Assembly (NCBI GenBank): GCA_963749495.1
Contig: CAVVMW010000015.1
Span: 128,001 to 192,000 of the forward strand
DNA: 64,000 nucleotides
Source of the DNA: an uncultured bacterium
GTDB lineage: Bacteria; Verrucomicrobiota; Verrucomicrobiia; Limisphaerales; UBA8199
Reading direction: 5' to 3'
The translations under genes were made by a program, and so were the position numbers. The stretch's first letter is position 1, and every line of letters starts with the position of its first letter. This document shows, in pieces, positions 56,742 through 64,000 of this stretch. Below the pieces are notes generated by a model that made no database searches, was not told where the DNA came from, and was given only the letters and a program-made list of their open reading frames with translations.

Positions 56742-56945
56742 ACCGCGTAGCGGTGCGTGAAGATAGCCGTGGACTTCCAGTCCACGGGTCCATGGCTAAG
56801 CTCACACACGTCGCGTAGCGACGACTGACAACAGGATTGGAGCCGCCACCGCCAGGCCGTCAGGCGTCGCTACGCGACGCTCGACCCTTCCGGCGGCACC
56901 ACACCGTGCACCGAGGCCCACGGCTACCTTCACTGCGTCGCTGCG
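56742..56945. repeat. REP-like palindromic element
   Basis: CGTCGCGTAGCGACG / CGTCGCTACGCGACG, CCGTGGAC..GTCCACGG. Confidence 0.75.
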
Positions 56946-56977
56946 CGGCCTCCGCGTTGCGCAGACCCGTGACGCCG

Positions 56978-59900
56978 CTACTGCACCACCACCCGATAGA
57001 ACCTCTGCGGGCCGAGTGTCGCCGGGTCGATCACAGTCAGTGACTCGCCGCTCGCCAGGGTGTCCGAGCCCAGCGCCTGCCAGAGCGCATCCTCAAGAGA
57101 ATTCTTGAACTCGACGCGGTAGGTCTTGCCGGGGACGGTGACAAAGGTCATCGCACAACCGGAGCCGGCGCCCGCGGGATTGGGGACCACCGCCGTGACC
57201 CGTGGACGCGGGAAGACACGCACGGTGAAACTGGCAACGGCGCTGAGCGGGGGGACGCCGTCATCGGTGACGCGGACCGTGATGAGGCTGGGGCCCGGGG
57301 CCTGGGCCGGAGCGGGCTGCCAGGAGAACAAACCGGTGTCCGGGTCGATGGCGGCGCCGGCGGGCGCGCCCGGATCGAGGCTGAAGGTCAGGTGCTGGGG
57401 CGGGGCGTCGGTGTCGGTGGCGGTGACGGTGAAGGCGAGGGATTGGCCCTCGATGACGGTGCAATCGGGGATCGCCTGCAGGATGGGGGGCGTGTTGGGC
57501 CGGAGCAGGAAATTGGCGGCGCCTGGTGTGGCCCGGCTCAACGTCACGATCTCCGCGGCGCCGTCGGGAAACCGGCCCTGGCTGACATCGGCTGTTTGCG
57601 GGCCGAACCCGACCAGATCGACGATCGAGCCGTCTGGGGCGAAGAGGCCGATGGCGTCGCCGGTCCTGGAGAGCTTGAAATTGACGTGGAGGTCCGGGCG
57701 GGCGGGGCTGTTCTGGGACGGCTCATTGTCCGCCCAGACCAGCAGGAAGCCCCGGGGCGGGATGCCGTAGCCGGCCGGGACGAGGAACCGCGTCCAGTTG
57801 GTGAGGCTCTGGCCCATGTAATACCCGGAGAGGCCGGCACTGGCATCGCCCGCATTGTAGAGTTCGAACCAGGCGTTGAAATGGCCGTCAGCCGGGTCGG
57901 GCAGGGTGGATTGGTTTGCCGCCATCCATTCGTTGATGAAGACGTGCAGCGGCGGCGGGGCCACGCTGTTGGTGGCGCCGGGTGTGGCCAAGAGGAACTC
58001 CTGGCGCACGAAACTCTGGCCGTCAGGCCAGGAGCCGTAGGAATGATCGGGGGCCAGGTTGGTGTAATCCAGGTAATCGAGCACTTGCGGCTGCTGGTTG
58101 GCCCCGAGCCGGCTCAGGGCCAGCGAGCCGGCGCCGCCGGCCAGCGTGAAGCTGGTGTGCAGTTGGTTGGAGGCGCTCAGGCCGGATTGGCCGTCGGCGA
58201 AGATGACCATGAACTGCTGCGGGCCCAGCGTGGCGCCGGCGGGAAATGCCCACTGGGTCAGGTTCGAGTAATTGTTGGCCAGGTAGAGGCCGGTGAGCGA
58301 GGCGGCGTTGGTGGTGGGATTGAACAGTTCGAGCCAGGGGGCGCGCTGGCCGGCGCTGTTGGTGATGCCGGAGAGGTTTTGCGCCTGCACTTCGTTGATC
58401 CAGACCGGCGGGAAAGGCGCCAGCGTGCTGCGCAGGCTGTTAGCGGCGCCGGGCGTGGCGCGCGCCTGGGTGGTGCCCGTGGCGGGCACGGCGGCCCAGT
58501 TGCCCACGCGCCAGTTGTCCTGGCGCGCATCGACCAACTGGAGAGAACTGCCGGTCCCGGCGGCTGCCGCAGGCCACGGCGGCCTCACATCGTAGCGCAC
58601 CTGGGCGGCGACCAGGTCCTCGGCGGGGGTTGGCCCGGGCTTGACCAGGCTGAGCGTGCGGGGCCCGCCCTGGAGTGTCCCGGCGAACTCCCCTGCCACG
58701 GCAAGCGTGAGACCGTAGGCGGCGCCAAACGCAGGCCGGTCCTCGGCGACGACCAGGTAGCCGTTTGGGGCGATGGCTGTGCCCGGGGGAAAAGTGAAGT
58801 CCACCCCCCACAACTCCCAGCCCGAGAGGTCGAAGGCGGTCGTGCCCGAGAGGTTGTAAAGCTCGACGAACCCGGTCCCGGGGACGGCGGGCTGGCACTG
58901 GATTTCATTGAAGAGGAGCTTGTCCTGGGGCAGTTCGACCGCCCCGGTATAATTGACAGACATTGTCGCGCCGGCGCCGCTGAGCGGGTTGCCCGAGGCG
59001 TCCAGGCCCTGCACGGCCAACAGGTTGGTGCCGGGCGCCAAGGCCAGGCGCGCCATCCAGTTCGAGACCGAGGTCCAGGTGACGGGGAAGGCCGCGCCGT
59101 TGATAGCGATCGAGCGGACCCCGATCGGCGCGGTGCCCGTGAGGGCTATCCAGTTCCGGTTGGTGCTGAAATCCGCGCCGTTGTTGAGCTTGAGTGAGAA
59201 CGCCGCGGGAACATTGCTGGCAATGAGGCTGAGCAAATACGACTGGCGCTGGCTGATATAACTCTTGATGGCCGAGGGGTTCTCGATCGAGAGGGCGTTG
59301 GCGGTGATCGCCCGGTACTTTGCATCGAGGATCGGGAAGAGTTTCGTGCCGCTCAAGGGCCCGGTGGCCAGGTCCTGGAGGATCTGCCAGTAGCGCCGCG
59401 CGTAGGCCGGCTCGGCCAGGTCGATGCCATTGCTGCGCCCGATTCCCTGGAACGGGTCGCTGGTCGGTGGCAGGCCCAGGAAGGCGAAATCTATGTCCCA
59501 GATCATCATCTTCCACGTGTCGCCGGTCGGCTTGTACGCATACATGTTCTGGCCGCTGCCGTAAGCAAAGCTGTCGTTGTTGCCGACAATGTGCTCGACG
59601 GCATAAGTCTTTAACCAGTTGTCCAGGTCGAGGGTCGCCTCGAGCTGGCGGCGATAGCTATCGCCAAGGCCGTTGAAATTGGCCGCATCGACCAGCGCGA
59701 AAAGGTTGGTGAAATTGCTGGCCGAACCCTGGATCGCCCGCTTGCCGAAGATCCAGCGGTAATAGGCAAGGTCCTTCGCCCCGTTGGGGCCGAGGACATT
59801 TTGCAGCGAGGCCCCGACGGCGTTGAAATTGGCCAGCGCGTCGTCGAACTCGAACCAGAACTCGACTTTGTGCAGGTCGCCGTTTCCTGCGGCGGGCCAG

Positions 59901-62900
59901 GTACTCGGCGTCCATGGCGCCGTCGGACCGCTGGGTGTCTTCCATCATGTTGCCGCGGCGGGCGCCGTTGACCAGGAGGTTGACGTGGCGGCGATAAGTA
60001 TAGGGCAGGCCCATCTGCTCGGCTATCCAGTAAGCGGTTTGCTCGCGCTGGCAGCTCGGGTCGTCGCCGCCGTTGCCCGGCCACCGGAAGATAGTGTCCG
60101 TCTCCCCCAGGAGGGGGTCGTCGTCGGGAAAGCTCACGGCATAGCTGCAGATGTTGCCCACTGGAGAATCCCAGCCCTTGGCGTGCCAGGGGCTGCCCGA
60201 ATAGCAGCCGCCGGCGTCGTAGATGACGCGCGAGTTGCCATACACGAAGGTCAGATCGAGCGGTTTGCTGCTCAGGCGCTCGCGGTTGGACCAGCGGTCC
60301 ACCGTCGACTGGGTCATCCAGAGCCTATAGGTGCCGAAGGCGAGGAGTTGGATGGGGTCGCCGTAGCGGACCAGGCATTCGCGCGCGGGGGCATCGTTGG
60401 GGAAGAGCGTCACGGCGCGCGGCGTGAAATTGTCCACGGCCTGGATGTGAAACGCCGCCAGGCTGCCTGCCGGCTGGCCTGGTATCCGGGCGCTGAACAG
60501 GCCGGCGCCGTTGCCAACCATCGGCACCAGGCTCACGTTGGTCGAGGGATCAATGCGGTACTTCAAGAAGAGGGCGGCCACGCCGTCCGGGTCGCTGACG
60601 CGGGCGACGACGGTGACCTGTTGGCCGGCCAGCGGGAGGATGGGGACGGTCTTGACCTCCGTGATGGCGGGGCCGGCATTGGCGGCCGCGCGGCTGTTAG
60701 GCGCCCCGGGCGTGCCGAAGTTGTGCGTGGTCAGAATGTTGCCGGTGGCTTCGAGCCAGTTGCCCTTCAATCGCAGCAGGATCTCCGGCCACCCTGCCAG
60801 CCAGCGGACTCTGGCCCGTAGCGTGGCAGTCTGCCCCTGTTGGAGCGGCACGGCCAGGGTCGTGCGAATCCGGTTGGCCCCGGTGTCGCCGTGCTCGGTG
60901 GCCCGGACGTGCAGGCAATGGGTGCTCTGGTAGCCCTGGCCAATCTCCCAGCTCGAATCCTCGTGATTGCCCTGGGCAAACCAGCCGTCCAGGCCCAACT
61001 CGAAATCGGAGTTGGTGACCAGGTTGGTGCCCCCTTGGGCAAAGACCTCGACCTTGTCCACCAGGCATTCCCCGGCGCCCAGCAGGATGATATTGAGCGA
61101 GTCGGCGGCGCCGGTGCCCCCCTGGAGCACCCCAGTCGCTTGAATCGTCACCCACCCGCTCTTGGCGGTCTCGTCGCTGTCGGCCCAATTGGGTGCCAAC
61201 CGATGGTCGCTCCGGGCATCGACCAGTTCGAGGCTGCTGCCGCCGCCGTGCGCCCATTGGCCCCAGCGCCCGCCCGTGCCGAAGGTGACCTCGTCCACGA
61301 CAATGTGCGTCAGGTTGGTCCAGAACCCGCCCGCGAAGTTGGTGGACACCACCTCTCCCGGCATGGACAGGGCCAACCGCTCGCCGTGACGGGCGATGAC
61401 CCCGCCGAAATCCCCGACGGTGTTGGCCGCGACCAGGCTCGGGCAGGTGGCCAGCAACTGCGCCGCATTCTTCGCCACGACCAGGTAGCCGCTGGCAGGG
61501 ATGACGGTGCCGGCGGCAAACGTGTACTTGATGCCGCCTTCGAGACGCCACCCGCCCAGGCTCACGGGGGACGCCGTCCGATTGTAGACTCCAAATACTG
61601 GTCGTTGTCATCGCCGCCAAGCGGGTCGTACATGATCTCGTTGATGACCACGTCCGCAACGCGCGCAGGCCCATTGGCGGCGCCCGGGGTGGGGGCAACC
61701 AGCCGGCCGAACCCAGGCGCTCCATCCGGCGCGCGCCCCATCGAAACCCCCCTTTCCTGGGCGCCAAGGCGCACGGCGTCGATGACCCTCGAGTCGGCGG
61801 GGTCCTTCAGATAGAGCGTCTGGCCGGCAGGGTCCAGGTCGAAGGCCAGGTCCGCCCCGGTGAACGTGACAAAACCCATGGCGGGGATCATCGTGCCGGC
61901 GGGGACGATGAACTTGTTCAGCACCGGGTCATCGGTGAGGATGCAGCCCGAGAGGTCCACCGCACCGGCGCCGTAGTTGTAGAGTTCGATGAAACCCGAA
62001 TCCGGCACGTCGCTCGAGGCCAGCACCTCGTTGAGTTGGACCGTCCGGCAGGGGTTGAACGAGGCCGACTCGCCCGAGCCGGGCGAGCCTCCCTTGAGGT
62101 CGCTGGCCGCCCAGGCGGCGGGGTTGGCCTCGCCCAGGGACGGCCGCGCCAGGCACAGCGAATGGCCCGCGCCGTCCGCAGCCGCCGGCCAGGGCGTGTC
62201 GCCCGAGTAAGTGACCGCGAAGACGATGCCTCCCTCCCGGTTGACCAACTGCAATGTCCCGGGCTGGCCGGCCAGCCGGTTGCTGTAGGCGCCCAGCACG
62301 TTGGCCACGCCATAGACGGCCTGGAGGTCCGCCGACACCGCCGCGAGCAGGGCATACGAGCGCGCAGCCAGGACCGTGTTCGTCGGGAAGGTATAACTGA
62401 CCTGGCCGCTCAACTGGAACCCGCTGATGTCCTCGAAATACGGGTTCGAGTTGTAGAATTCGATATACTCGAGGGTCTCGCCGCCCGGCCGGTTGGTCGG
62501 GTGGTACATGATCTCGGAGATGACAATGGGCGCGTGGCGGGAGGAGGGCCCGGCGGCTCCGCTGCCGGGCGCACCAGGGAGAAGTCCAGCGGGTTGGGGG
62601 CGAGCGTGAAGGCGAAGGTCGAGTTGGGCAGGATGACGTTTGGCGTTGCGGCGCGGTCGCGGACGTTGCTCACCGTGAGCGTGTAGTTGGTCTGGACCGC
62701 CATGGGGCTGGTGGTGAGGAGGACCATGCGCGGGTCCGGACCGAAGGCGGCCGAGAGGACCGAGACGCCGCTGCTGATCCGATAGTTGGCGGCGCTGGTG
62801 GCGCTGGCGGGCTCGACCGGCTTGGAGAAGATGACGGAGAGGACTTGCGGGTTGCCGGGACTGCCCACCGAAGCCAGGAGGGGCCGGGTGACATCCGGGT

Positions 62901-63723
62901 TTACCGTGAGCGTGGCGGCGGCGCTGTTGGTGCTGCCCAGGCTGTTGGTGATGGAGCAACTGAACCGGCTGCCGTTGTCGCTCACCGACACGGGCCCAAT
63001 CGCCCAGGAGGTATTCGTGGCGCCGGTGATGGGGACGCCGTTCCGGCGCCATTGATAGACCGCCTCGTATTTCTGGCCGACCTGGACGGTGAAGCTGGCG
63101 CTGCCGCCCTCGATCACGCTCACGCTGGCCGGCTGAACCAGGATGACCGGCGGGCCTAGCCCGTACGGCACCAGGTATGTCCCCGGGATGGGCGGCGCGC
63201 CATTGGCCGGCACCGGGTCCCCCGGCTTCTGCCAAGTGACGGCGATGTTATCGCTGCCGCTGCCTTGCTTCTGCAGCGCCTCGATGTAATACTGGTTGCC
63301 GGCCGTGAGCGAGATGGGGGCCGACTTCTGGGAGGCATGCGTGTTCCATTGCCGGGCGCCGTCCCAGGACGATTCGGAGGCGATCAGGACCTTGTGCGCC
63401 GGGTTGGCGTCCTGGCTCAGGTAAAGGGCGCCGTTGTCGTCTGTGGCAATCCAGAAGACGTAGTTCCCCGTGACCGGCGGCGCCAGCAACGCGCGCATTC
63501 GCGTGCCGTAATTGTCGCCGATGTTCGACGGCGCCTCGAAGGCGCTCTCGATCGTCACGAGGTCCGGGTTGTTGGGAAAGCTCGGCGCATTGGTCAGGTC
63601 CGAGACCGCGCTGCCCGCAATGTTGAAATAGACCTCGCGCAGCACACCATTGCTCTGGGCTCTGGCCACGACAGCGCAGGACAACCAAACCAGGAGGACC
63701 AGCCCGGCGCGCCGAGGGTGCAT
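56978..63723 (-). CDS. Giant secreted multidomain protein: PA14, Ig, Big_5, several lamin-tail domains, CotH kinase, cadherin/He_PIG; frameshifts near 62550, 61590, 59895
   Basis: DNYGTRMRA..FWIATDD (PA14); ISEIMYHP / INEIMY / INEWMA (LTD); EHIVGNNDS..QNMY..WKMMIWDIDFAF (CotH); ends RFYRVVVQ. Confidence 0.88.
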
Positions 63724-63738
63724 CCTGACCCTGCCCGC

Positions 63739-63848
63739 GGAGTGCGCCCGTCCCCGGGCGCAGCAACGACGGAGCGGGCAGGCGCGCCCGAGTGTTCGAC
63801 CGCTGCCCCGGCTCCGGACGTTGCTGCGCCCGGGGACGGGCGCACTCC
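63739..63848. repeat. Perfect 30-bp inverted repeat (REP-like) directly upstream of the giant gene
   Basis: GGAGTGCGCCCGTCCCCGGGCGCAGCAACG / CGTTGCTGCGCCCGGGGACGGGCGCACTCC. Confidence 0.85.
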
Positions 63849-64000
63849 GGTGAGGCGCCCGGCGGTGGGGGCAGTCTCAGATGCGCTCGCGCGCCGAGCC
63901 GGCCGGAACCAGGAATTGACATGCTCGAACATACTGCGGGACTGCTTCGGACCATAGACCGATGCTTGCATCCCTGTAAAGGCTGAAGGCTGAAGGCTAA

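Overview
GC-rich bacterial window, most likely Verrucomicrobiota (Pedosphaerales/Limisphaerales-like). This is inferred from prepilin H-X9-DG proteins, LTD/CotH and Ig-domain secreted proteins, many Tat substrates and the PVC-type gyrA QRDR. The backbone includes cusA/TolC, a GNAT, a GH30, a HAD plus a DegT aminotransferase, a fused MFS/spermidine synthase, an amidase, an OmpA/MotB protein, ETF beta/alpha, an aldo/keto reductase, gyrB-gyrA and a Gfo/Idh/MocA oxidoreductase. About a dozen genes, including essential gyrA, have single-base frameshifts that look like assembly indels. The most interesting part is an accessory island (about 6.4-14.7 kb) that starts at a 3' tRNA-Gly(CCC) fragment. 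It carries a small-ORF plus degenerate ImmA/IrrE-like gene pair, three co-oriented copies of a ~55-bp IS91-type oriIS-like sequence each sitting at a gene breakpoint (suggesting rolling-circle gene capture), a nearly complete ORF-less group IIB intron, a second intron remnant, and IS66 and RAYT remnants. Other accessory loci are an MNT-HepT TA pair, a DUF4160/DUF2442 pair, a two-gene Nmad3 locus and a type IIG-like REase-MTase fusion. All family calls come from motif recognition by eye; no database searches were run.
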